Source: a virus
Lineage: Duplodnaviria; Caudoviricetes
Virus record (IMG/VR): IMGVR_UViG_3300032221_000083
Coordinates: 1 to 41,149 of that record
Direction: 5' to 3' (one strand)
DNA length: 41,149 bases
This document shows, in pieces, positions 34,855-41,149 of this stretch. Within the stretch, counting starts at the first letter, position 1, and each line of letters begins with the position of its first letter. The position numbers and the translations under genes were made by a program. Below the pieces are notes generated by a model. The model worked only from the letters and a program-made list of their open reading frames with translations. It made no database searches and was not told the DNA's origin.

Positions 34855-36135
34855 CTAAGCAGCTTGCTTGGGGACATCTACAACATCGCCCCACGGTGCC
34901 TTACCGTCAGGGTAAATGTTGCCCCAGATTACAGGATAGGATGGCTTCTGATTAGGGAATGTGCCTAGCAGATCAGTGAGATATACAAGAGCATCAGGCG
35001 TTATGCCTTGCTCGTGTATCCAATCGAACACAGGGCGGAAATCAGTGCCACCACCACCCGGCGCTCCCTTGGCGCGAATGACGCGCAGATCGCTCTCGCT
35101 CTCGCACTCGTCAGCACGATGCACCTTGGCGTCACACCAAACAAGAAACAAGCGGCGAGGTCGCAAGTCCTCAAGAATGCCGGACACTTCTGCAAGGAAC
35201 ATGTCCACTTCTTTGGGGCCAATAGAACCTGAGGTATCCACGCCAACTACAATCGAACCAGCGCCATACCCAGAGCGAGAAGGAACATATATCTCGCGGT
35301 TCATCCATTCGTCGTCAGGCTTATGGAAGTCATAGCCACCACCGCCAGCCTTGCGCGCCAGCAGTGAGCGAATATGATCGCGCCACTCAACCTTCGGCTC
35401 CAGCACATCACCGAACAAGCGTTCCAACGCAGCAGGTAACTTACCCATAACTTTTGCAGCTTGCATCGCAGCAGCGACAGCTTGCTGAACTTTCTGCGGA
35501 TTGTGTTCGCTTACCGTGGAGGTAGGGTCTTTGCCGGATGCAGCACCGGGCTCTTTGTGTTGGCAGAAGCCACCACCATGATCATCGCCACCGCCACCGC
35601 TGCCACCGCCACCGTTCTGATCATCATTGTATAGCTTGCGATAGACATCGAGGAAGTCACTATTAGCTGTGGCGATCTTCGGGTCATACAGCCCCTTATA
35701 TTTACCAGTAGGCATCTCGCCAACCTTGCTCTCTGTCAGGATAGCATTGACGATATAGTCCATGGCTTGGTTCATAATGTTTTGGTCATACTTGGCGCTC
35801 GATCCATCCTTGAACGGAACCTTGCCAGTCGTGTGCATCTTGTACCCGAGCATGATATGCTCAAGGACAACGTGCAGTATCTCGTGCGCTGTTACAAAGA
35901 TACGGTTAGACAGTTTGAACTCGTCGGAGAAGAACGCATTAGGGTTAAGTATAAGAGACTTACCGTCAGTAGCAGCAACGCTAATCTCATCAGTGAACAC
36001 AGCGTTATTACCACTACCGACACTATCCATCAGCGAATACAGCAGGTGAGTAAAGGACGGATAGTGCCATGTCATTGCAGCAACAGTCTCGCGCCATTGG
36101 CGCTCCTGCTTGTTGTCAAGATTAATTTTAAGCAT
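34855..36135 (-). CDS. metallopeptidase-VWA domain protein (DUF2201-like)
   Basis: AATDG, HEILH, N.AMD, DTSGSI MIDAS, GGGGTDFRPVF, YLTD; ATG 36135. Confidence 0.88.
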   Translation of the reverse strand: MLKINLDNKQERQWRETVAAMTWHYPSFTHLLYSLMDSVGSGNNAVFTDEISVAATDGKSLILNPNAFFSDEFKLSNRIFVTAHEILHVVLEHIMLGYKMHTTGKVPFKDGSSAKYDQNIMNQAMDYIVNAILTESKVGEMPTGKYKGLYDPKIATANSDFLDVYRKLYNDDQNGGGGSGGGGDDHGGGFCQHKEPGAASGKDPTSTVSEHNPQKVQQAVAAAMQAAKVMGKLPAALERLFGDVLEPKVEWRDHIRSLLARKAGGGGYDFHKPDDEWMNREIYVPSRSGYGAGSIVVGVDTSGSIGPKEVDMFLAEVSGILEDLRPRRLFLVWCDAKVHRADECESESDLRVIRAKGAPGGGGTDFRPVFDWIHEQGITPDALVYLTDLLGTFPNQKPSYPVIWGNIYPDGKAPWGDVVDVPKQAA

Positions 36136-36160
36136 GTGCTTACCTCTTGTGGTATGTGTT

Positions 36161-36382
36161 TCAGTATTCTTCGGATGGCTCGTCGAGTGCGATTTCGATA
36201 TCCTCCGTGCCGTGCATGAAGTCAGACGAATAACAAGCGATCTGTGGCTTACGTGTCTCAGCAAACAACATAGATTGCGAAAGTAAATTCTTAGCTGCCA
36301 GCATCGTCGCTGTCTTCATAATGTCCGCACGTTCGTCATCAACGTCCATGCGAAGTTCAATAGTGTATGTTCTCTGCGTCAT
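36161..36382 (-). CDS. hypothetical protein
   Basis: 73 aa; RBS inside a palindromic operator copy. Confidence 0.6.
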   Translation of the reverse strand: MTQRTYTIELRMDVDDERADIMKTATMLAAKNLLSQSMLFAETRKPQIACYSSDFMHGTEDIEIALDEPSEEY

Positions 36383-36864
36383 TTGTTTACCCTCTGCGGT
36401 AAGCGACTAGCTTTGCGTAGGTCAGCGTTATTAAGGAACGCATCTAGCCATGTATGCCATATCTCCTTTCCTTCATCGCCATTGAAGTGGAACACAATGC
36501 GTGATGATCTCCTTACAAACTCGACAGGATCAGGGTTGCGCCCATACTTACGTAGAGTAGGGGCAGCGACCAGCAGAAGATTGGAGCATAACGGAAAGTG
36601 TTTCTGTGCGTTGGGTAGATCAAGCATCATGGTAAACTTATCCGAATACCCATACTTTTCTGCGTAGATAAACGGACGCTTCTCTTGTTGGCATGACGCA
36701 CGTAATGTCTTTCGCATAGTTACCCAAGGCATGAACTTCTGCCACTCAGGAATAGCGTGCCTCATCGAGTAATGATATTGTTCGTGGATATAGATATTCG
36801 TATCGTCGTAGTCAGCCCACACACGACGCAGGTTCTCTGCGACTAAGTCTAGCTTAGACAACAT
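36379..36864 (-). CDS. hypothetical protein
   Basis: ATG 36864 with GGAGGT RBS; avoids overlap with the ATPase gene. Confidence 0.6.
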   Translation of the reverse strand: MLSKLDLVAENLRRVWADYDDTNIYIHEQYHYSMRHAIPEWQKFMPWVTMRKTLRASCQQEKRPFIYAEKYGYSDKFTMMLDLPNAQKHFPLCSNLLLVAAPTLRKYGRNPDPVEFVRRSSRIVFHFNGDEGKEIWHTWLDAFLNNADLRKASRLPQRVNK

Positions 36865-36905
36865 GCTTACCTCCAAGGGTAGGGGCGGGGCTTTCGCCCC
36901 ACCTA

Positions 36906-37988
36906 TTACTTGCTGATTGAGTGAAGCAGCAGCATGAGCGAGTTGTGCTTCTGCGACCATGCTTGCATAGCTGGCGACAGCGCCAATACAGGCAGTCGAT
37001 TGCAAGCAGCGCGGGCGAACGACACAGCGAACGGCGCGGGCAAGCGGTCAACATACTTGATCACTGGCGTGATTGTCTCCTTGGTTACACGGTGCGCTAG
37101 ATTGTAGCAGATCAACATACGCGCATCAGGCGCAGTCTCCGGAGGGATACGCTCACCTTCGGGGTCACGCACGATGTTCTCAAACTTTGGCATCTCGCGA
37201 TCCAGTTTGATGAACGACATAAGCTGCGCGGTCGCAGCTTGACCAATCTCACCAGCGATTTCTTCTGCCAGATAATCAGCATCGAGTTCACCATTGAGTT
37301 CGAGTTCAGCACGTAGCGTAGCATCTGCGGCAGCGATGGATCGTGGCGTAGGCCATGGACCTTGCTTGTCAGGCACACCGTCCGTGAATACGACATGCGG
37401 GTTAGCGTTGGTAAAAGCTACCGTGACAGGTAAGCATCCATGTTGCGTCTGCCATTGCAGCAAGCTCTCAAGATCATCGGAGACATCAATCTCCATGCGA
37501 CGATTGATAAGATGATCTAGCTCTTTAGTAGAACCAGAACGGTCGCCAGCACGATTACCAGCACCCCATACAATCCACCCGTCAGGTAAGATATGAGGGC
37601 CGAAACGACCAGAAAGCCTACCTTCTCCCAATACTTTCTTGACATCAACGTCAGCCTTATCTTCTTCGTCAACAAAGATGATACCGCCATCATACTCGTC
37701 GAGACGCTTACCTTCGTCGGTAATCCAGAAGAATGGATCAGTGAACAACATTCGGCTATGGTTGTCCTCGTGCTTGGGGACACCGAAACCTAACGTGTGC
37801 ATAGGCGTAAGCATACCGCCATTGATAACAACAATGCCAAACTTCTTACCGGGAAACGCTTTCCCAAGCAATTCGGGCGCACGACCAATAACGGTAGATT
37901 TGCCACGCCCCGGAGCGGATTTGATATAGACAGATTTACGCGCAGCATACCATGTAGGGATGCGACGGATAACAGTAGATAAATTCAT
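36906..37988 (-). CDS. MoxR-like AAA+ ATPase (partner of the VWA protein)
   Basis: SAPGRGKS Walker A, IFVDE Walker B, AGNR..DRSG, L.NR, PTPRS. Confidence 0.85.
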   Translation of the reverse strand: MNLSTVIRRIPTWYAARKSVYIKSAPGRGKSTVIGRAPELLGKAFPGKKFGIVVINGGMLTPMHTLGFGVPKHEDNHSRMLFTDPFFWITDEGKRLDEYDGGIIFVDEEDKADVDVKKVLGEGRLSGRFGPHILPDGWIVWGAGNRAGDRSGSTKELDHLINRRMEIDVSDDLESLLQWQTQHGCLPVTVAFTNANPHVVFTDGVPDKQGPWPTPRSIAAADATLRAELELNGELDADYLAEEIAGEIGQAATAQLMSFIKLDREMPKFENIVRDPEGERIPPETAPDARMLICYNLAHRVTKETITPVIKYVDRLPAPFAVSFARAACNRLPVLALSPAMQAWSQKHNSLMLLLHSISK

Positions 37989-38011
37989 AGTAAGTCTCCT
38001 GTGGGTATAGA

Positions 38012-38230
38012 TTAGCGGCGAAGCGCATCACGCACGCTTGTGACGGTATTGTGAGTGCGCACAATCATGTGCCGCTGATACGGGTTCATCACTTCCCATA
38101 TCTCCTTATCGATACGCAGTAGGTTATACTGCGTATCGAGAGTAGCGGCGCAATCGTTACTCGGAAGCTCGGAGTTCTCCACCAATCTGATCAATCGCGG
38201 ATAACCGCCCTCCGGATGAAACGCTGACAT
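38012..38230 (-). CDS. hypothetical protein
   Basis: 72 aa, RBS GAAGGT. Confidence 0.55.
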   Translation of the reverse strand: MSAFHPEGGYPRLIRLVENSELPSNDCAATLDTQYNLLRIDKEIWEVMNPYQRHMIVRTHNTVTSVRDALRR

Positions 38231-38540
38231 TTACCTTCTCCTTTGATGTCTTACCTTTCGGGGTAACTTCTGGCGGGACTTGATAACCAAGCGCACGGGC
38301 CACCAGCAATGAGTAACCAGACATATCAACCCAATGATCCGGCTCATCTTTATTGCCACACAGGATACGCGCCAACTTACTTGCAAGCATATCCAATGCT
38401 TCACGCTGCAAGGGTGAGAAGGACGCACCATTGCGTGAGCTAACAAACACTTCTTTCAAGTGTTGTGACATGTATGACACATCCTCAAAGGAACCGTGGG
38501 TAAGTTCGCGTTCAAGCAAGACTTCATTAACCAAGCTCAT
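38157..38540 (-). CDS. DUF6378-like protein
   Basis: L.ER..THGSF, QREALDM..SKLARILCG...DHWVDMSGY. Confidence 0.75.
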   Translation of the reverse strand: MSLVNEVLLERELTHGSFEDVSYMSQHLKEVFVSSRNGASFSPLQREALDMLASKLARILCGNKDEPDHWVDMSGYSLLVARALGYQVPPEVTPKGKTSKEKVNVSVSSGGRLSAIDQIGGELRASE

Positions 38541-38554
38541 AGCTTTCTCCTAAG

Positions 38555-38986
38555 TTAAGCCGTTACTTCTATTAACGGCCAGTAATACGGCAGGTCATGT
38601 GGTTCCAACCAGCCGAATTTCTCATAATACTCTGGAGCTTTGCGCAACAGATTACTACGATGCGATGCGTGTAAGGGTATATACCCAAGCCAATCTGGAG
38701 CATTCATCTGTCCGACGAATGGACTAGCAAGCTCGATGATCTTACCTCGGCAGGTATCCTTGTATCCACGGTTTATCCATTCATTGCAGATGGCAACACC
38801 ATAGAACCCAAGATACTTTTCACAACCTAACCACATACGAATGGCAGGATGATTTTTCCAACCATAGTTTGGCAGGGTGAGCGCCTTGAATATTTGTAGC
38901 ACCTCGACACGTTGCTTGCCTAAGCGTTGCGTATCTAGGACATGTGCGCTGCGCGCAAAGTCACTATACGGCAGGAATGTTTGCAT
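38555..38986 (-). CDS. pyrimidine dimer DNA glycosylase-like protein (MSMEG_6728 family)
   Basis: MQTFLPY.DF..SA..LD..RLGKQRVE, HPA..MW, SHRSNLLRK, Y.WP; ATG 38986. Confidence 0.85.
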   Translation of the reverse strand: MQTFLPYSDFARSAHVLDTQRLGKQRVEVLQIFKALTLPNYGWKNHPAIRMWLGCEKYLGFYGVAICNEWINRGYKDTCRGKIIELASPFVGQMNAPDWLGYIPLHASHRSNLLRKAPEYYEKFGWLEPHDLPYYWPLIEVTA

Positions 38987-38987
38987 C

Positions 38988-39407
38988 TTACCCTCCCCAG
39001 TAAGGAATGTTGTTTCGTTCTTCGTATAAACTCTCTGGCACAATATGGTTTCTGTTTATCATGTCCTCTATCATTGCATCTTTGGCTTCATGGAAGTAGT
39101 CGTATGCGTATTCCATTTTGCGGTAGTCACGTAAGCCTTCTATGTATTCGAGTGCGATTTCATCGCTACACACAACTGCTAAAGGTTCACTAAAGAACCC
39201 ATCATCATTCTTGTTAGCTATGTCATCATACAGATCAGATACACTGTAGGATATCATAGTCACCATTTGCAGTTGCTTTTCGAGTAAACCTATCAACTTC
39301 CAAGTCGTTGCGTTCTTACCTTTAAGGTAAGCTGCAATCGCCTCGGTAACTTCTGTTTTGTCCTTGCCGTCAAACAACAGCATCAGTGTTGGTAGAAGCT
39401 GTGACAT
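38988..39407 (-). CDS. hypothetical protein
   Basis: 139-aa ORF in the tightly packed early operon. Confidence 0.6.
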   Translation of the reverse strand: MSQLLPTLMLLFDGKDKTEVTEAIAAYLKGKNATTWKLIGLLEKQLQMVTMISYSVSDLYDDIANKNDDGFFSEPLAVVCSDEIALEYIEGLRDYRKMEYAYDYFHEAKDAMIEDMINRNHIVPESLYEERNNIPYWGG

Positions 39408-39585
39408 TTTGCACCTTTGCAGTCTCTATCTTGCTTACCCATCGGGTAAGGTTAATGATCTCCCATCCAGCGTCATCTCTTGCGGCAGCAGCAGCGAGAT
39501 ATTCGGCTTCATCTGCGTTACTCGCGTCAATAACTATTTCAGTTTCTCTCGCGCGTGTTTCCAGTAGCTTGACTATGAATTTCAT
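39370..39585 (-). CDS. hypothetical protein
   Basis: 71 aa; RBS GGAG; IDASNADEAE motif. Confidence 0.6.
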   Translation of the reverse strand: MKFIVKLLETRARETEIVIDASNADEAEYLAAAAARDDAGWEIINLTRWVSKIETAKVQNVTASTNTDAVV

Positions 39586-39743
39586 TCTCCGTCTCCACCT
39601 GTTTCAGCGAGTAAGTCATACGCATCACGAACAGCGGAGTTCAGATGTTTCGACCATGCGTCCACAGGAATATCCTCCTGTAGTTGTTGCAAGAGATTAA
39701 CCAGAACTGTCTCCAGTTCTATTTCGTATTGTGTCTTATCCAT
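39582..39743 (-). CDS. 53-aa hypothetical protein, not in ORF track
   Basis: MDKTQYEIELETVLVNLLQQLQEDIP...; RBS GAGAGGT in operator; ATGA coupling. Confidence 0.6.
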   Translation of the reverse strand: MDKTQYEIELETVLVNLLQQLQEDIPVDAWSKHLNSAVRDAYDLLAETGGDGE

Positions 39744-39763
39744 CGCTTACCTCTCAGGGTAGG

Positions 39764-39955
39764 TTAGTTGGTGCTTGACCAGCCATAGGGTATGACCTCG
39801 ATATAGAAACCAAGGTCACGGATATATTCGAGTGAAGATTGTGTCAGGGTTTTGGTTTTGAGCATCTCAGCAAAGATTTTAGCTCGATCACAAACAGGAT
39901 AAACAACCTCCTGCCCGTAATTTTTGTCCTTGCGGACTGTGATTTTCATTTGCAT
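39764..39955 (-). CDS. conserved small phage protein
   Basis: YG...YPVCDRAKIFA...KTLT.......LGF motif; ATG 39955 with GGAGA RBS. Confidence 0.7.
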   Translation of the reverse strand: MQMKITVRKDKNYGQEVVYPVCDRAKIFAEMLKTKTLTQSSLEYIRDLGFYIEVIPYGWSSTN

Positions 39956-39956
39956 C

Positions 39957-40133
39957 TTACTTTCTCCGGTAAGTAATTCTCGTCCTTGCGCGTGGCGCGT
40001 TGGCGTTGCGGCGTCGTGAGTGCGCACGATGCACACTGATTGCAATGATCCATCCTTCATACAGGGCAAGACCGCACACCAATGCTAATGTGCAAGACAG
40101 CCCGATAACAACCAGTATGTCGCCTGTGCTCAT
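39957..40133 (-). CDS. 58-aa membrane peptide with Arg-rich tail, not in ORF track
   Basis: MSTGDILVVIGLSCTLALVCGLALYEGWIIAISVHRAHSRRR...; RBS AAGGAG. Confidence 0.6.
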   Translation of the reverse strand: MSTGDILVVIGLSCTLALVCGLALYEGWIIAISVHRAHSRRRNANAPRARTRITYRRK

Positions 40134-40137
40134 CACC

Positions 40138-40389
40138 TTACTCCTTTAGGTAAGCTATGTGTTCCTCAGCCTCCGCGATTGAATTAAACATTTTGGATAT
40201 ATGTCTAGCTTGTTCACCAGTATAAGCGCATATAGCGGTCACACCATATATTGGTTGTCCGCTCATGCCTTTGCCTTCCGACAATTCGACAGCCCACCGC
40301 CCTACAAACATGTATGAAAGAGCGTTGGGCGTCATGAAGTTCGGCCCTATTTCAGAATAATACTTCCTTGCGCTCGTATATTTCTTCAT
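40138..40389 (-). CDS. hypothetical protein
   Basis: ATG 40389 with GAGG RBS; NFMTP, VELSEG, YGVT motifs. Confidence 0.65.
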   Translation of the reverse strand: MKKYTSARKYYSEIGPNFMTPNALSYMFVGRWAVELSEGKGMSGQPIYGVTAICAYTGEQARHISKMFNSIAEAEEHIAYLKE

Positions 40390-40570
40390 GATCGTGCGTC
40401 CTCGTATAGGTGAGAAGCTCTTTGAGCCACTCAATTTCTGCTTTGATTGCGACCTGCATACCTGCTTGATACAGCGTCTCTACTTCAGAGGGTTGCCGCA
40501 CTTGCAATTGCATTTTTGTCAATCGCACGTTTACTATGTGTGCGACCAGTTGCATTCGTTCGGGTTCCAT
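40352..40570 (-). CDS. hypothetical protein
   Basis: 72 aa; RBS GAGAGGT in operator. Confidence 0.55.
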   Translation of the reverse strand: MEPERMQLVAHIVNVRLTKMQLQVRQPSEVETLYQAGMQVAIKAEIEWLKELLTYTRTHDHEEIYERKEVLF

Positions 40571-40724
40571 TTCGCTTACCTCTCAGGGTATGGTTGACAG
40601 CCTCGTTCCACAGCGCACCATAGCTTTCGATAGGCCCGAGGCGCTTGCATTGTTCAGCGAAGAAAAAGTCCGCGCGTTCTTTCACCATACGAATGGTGCG
40701 TTTATCTAAATTGCGAGACAACAT
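40485..40724 (-). CDS. hypothetical protein
   Basis: Strong RBS AGGAGG, TAATG coupling; 3' end overlaps the next gene. Confidence 0.55.
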   Translation of the reverse strand: MLSRNLDKRTIRMVKERADFFFAEQCKRLGPIESYGALWNEAVNHTLRGKRNGTRTNATGRTHSKRAIDKNAIASAATL

Positions 40725-40867
40725 TACAGTCTCCTCCTAATAAATCTGACCAGCGCCATACCTGCGAGGGTAAGCGTTCCAATGATTGCAGCGCCAATCG
40801 CTGATAGGGTTAAAAGGATGGCGGCAATCTCCCACATTTGTTGCGGCGTGAATTGATAGAGCGTCAT
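40724..40867 (-). CDS. 47-aa single-TM peptide, not in ORF track
   Basis: MTLYQFTPQQMWEIAAILLTLSAIGAAIIGTLTLAGMALVRFIRRRL; coupled at both ends. Confidence 0.6.
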   Translation of the reverse strand: MTLYQFTPQQMWEIAAILLTLSAIGAAIIGTLTLAGMALVRFIRRRL

Positions 40868-40986
40868 TGTGAGTGCGCTCCTAACCTCATCCACACATCA
40901 GCAATATCCAGCAGCGCCATTGCTACCAGTGGCGTTGTCAATAGGATGGCTGATAGTAAACTTGCGGCGCGTTGCTTGATTGTCAT
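40864..40986 (-). CDS. 40-aa single-TM peptide
   Basis: MTIKQRAASLLSAILLTTPLVAMALLDIADVW...; ATG 40986, ATGA coupling. Confidence 0.55.
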   Translation of the reverse strand: MTIKQRAASLLSAILLTTPLVAMALLDIADVWMRLGAHSQ

Positions 40987-41090
40987 AACACCCCCCATTC
41001 GATAGCCACCCATGACGCTAGAAACACGAACAGAATAAGATCGATAACGCCAAACAGCGCGGCGAATACCCAAAGCATTGCGTTGGACAT
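40983..41090 (-). CDS. 35-aa hydrophobic peptide, not in ORF track
   Basis: MSNAMLWVFAALFGVIDLILFVFLASWVAIEWGVL; RBS GAGGTG. Confidence 0.55.
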   Translation of the reverse strand: MSNAMLWVFAALFGVIDLILFVFLASWVAIEWGVL

Positions 41091-41117
41091 GATACACCTC
41101 ATTAAAAAGGGACAAAC

Positions 41118-41147
41118 GCCTAGCTTACTTTTGAGGGTAAGCTAGGC
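41118..41147. repeat. extended inverted repeat containing the operator motif
   Basis: GCCTAGCTTAC-N8-GTAAGCTAGGC, 11-bp perfect arms. Confidence 0.85.
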
Positions 41148-41149
41148 AA

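Larger units (their letters stand above)
33915..41141. promoter_or_regulatory. dense array of palindromic CTTACC-N6-GGTAAG sites (putative operators) in the early arm
   Basis: Copies start at 33915, 36139, 36386, 36866, 37417, 37707, 38250, 38741, 38987, 39746, 39956, 40137, 40575, 40757, 41124; N5 variants at 34374, 34900, 35510, 39315, 39434. Confidence 0.8.

Noticed and set aside
34771-34860. tRNA or hammerhead ribozyme (contains GGTTCG and a nearby GAAA on the minus strand)
   Set aside because: No cloverleaf or CCA end and no CUGANGA core; kept only as an unassigned structure
36882-36900. GGGGCG/CGCCCC hairpin after the ATPase gene as a terminator
   Set aside because: Short stem with no U-tract; at most a pause or stability hairpin
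36865-37005. N-terminal extension of the 36379 ORF (similarly the longer track starts at 4496, 7290, 21282, 21603, 31303, 36264, 39043, 40069)
   Set aside because: Downstream starts have a better RBS or translational coupling and avoid long overlaps
33915-41141. Repeated palindromes as a CRISPR array or REP/MITE elements
   Set aside because: Spacing is irregular, the central 6 nt vary, copies lie inside genes and there is no cas operon or transposase
1-41149. Alternative genetic code or intron/intein-split genes
   Set aside because: Genes tile densely under the standard code, all three stop codons are used, and PolA, helicase and primase look uninterrupted

Overview
Partial genome of a tailed dsDNA phage (podovirus-like: ejection proteins, no tape measure; terminase, portal and capsid genes lie outside the window). 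GcrA and an MmgR-like sRNA point to an alphaproteobacterial host. The + strand (1-22016) carries tail/fibre genes, a tail tube/nozzle protein, a GNAT acetyltransferase, three internal virion proteins (incl. a 2252-aa metallopeptidase/LPD38 polyvalent protein), five small basic proteins and a lysis cassette. The - strand (22013-41149) carries early and replication genes: primase-helicase, SSB-like protein, SNF2 helicase, VRR-NUC, PD-(D/E)XK nuclease, PolA, AAA+/VWA pair, pyrimidine-dimer glycosylase and many small ORFs. Main observations: (1) a palindrome, CTTACC-N6-GGTAAG, occurs over 30 times, is densest in the early arm and sits on the RBS of nine early genes; (2) a phage-borne MmgR/suhB (alpha-r8)-like anti-Shine-Dalgarno sRNA with its own promoter and terminator; (3) a second, unrecognised sRNA on the opposite strand beside polA; (4) GcrA and a free RNAP alpha-CTD mimic in a genome that appears to lack GANTC sites. 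All family calls and counts were made by eye, with no searches run.
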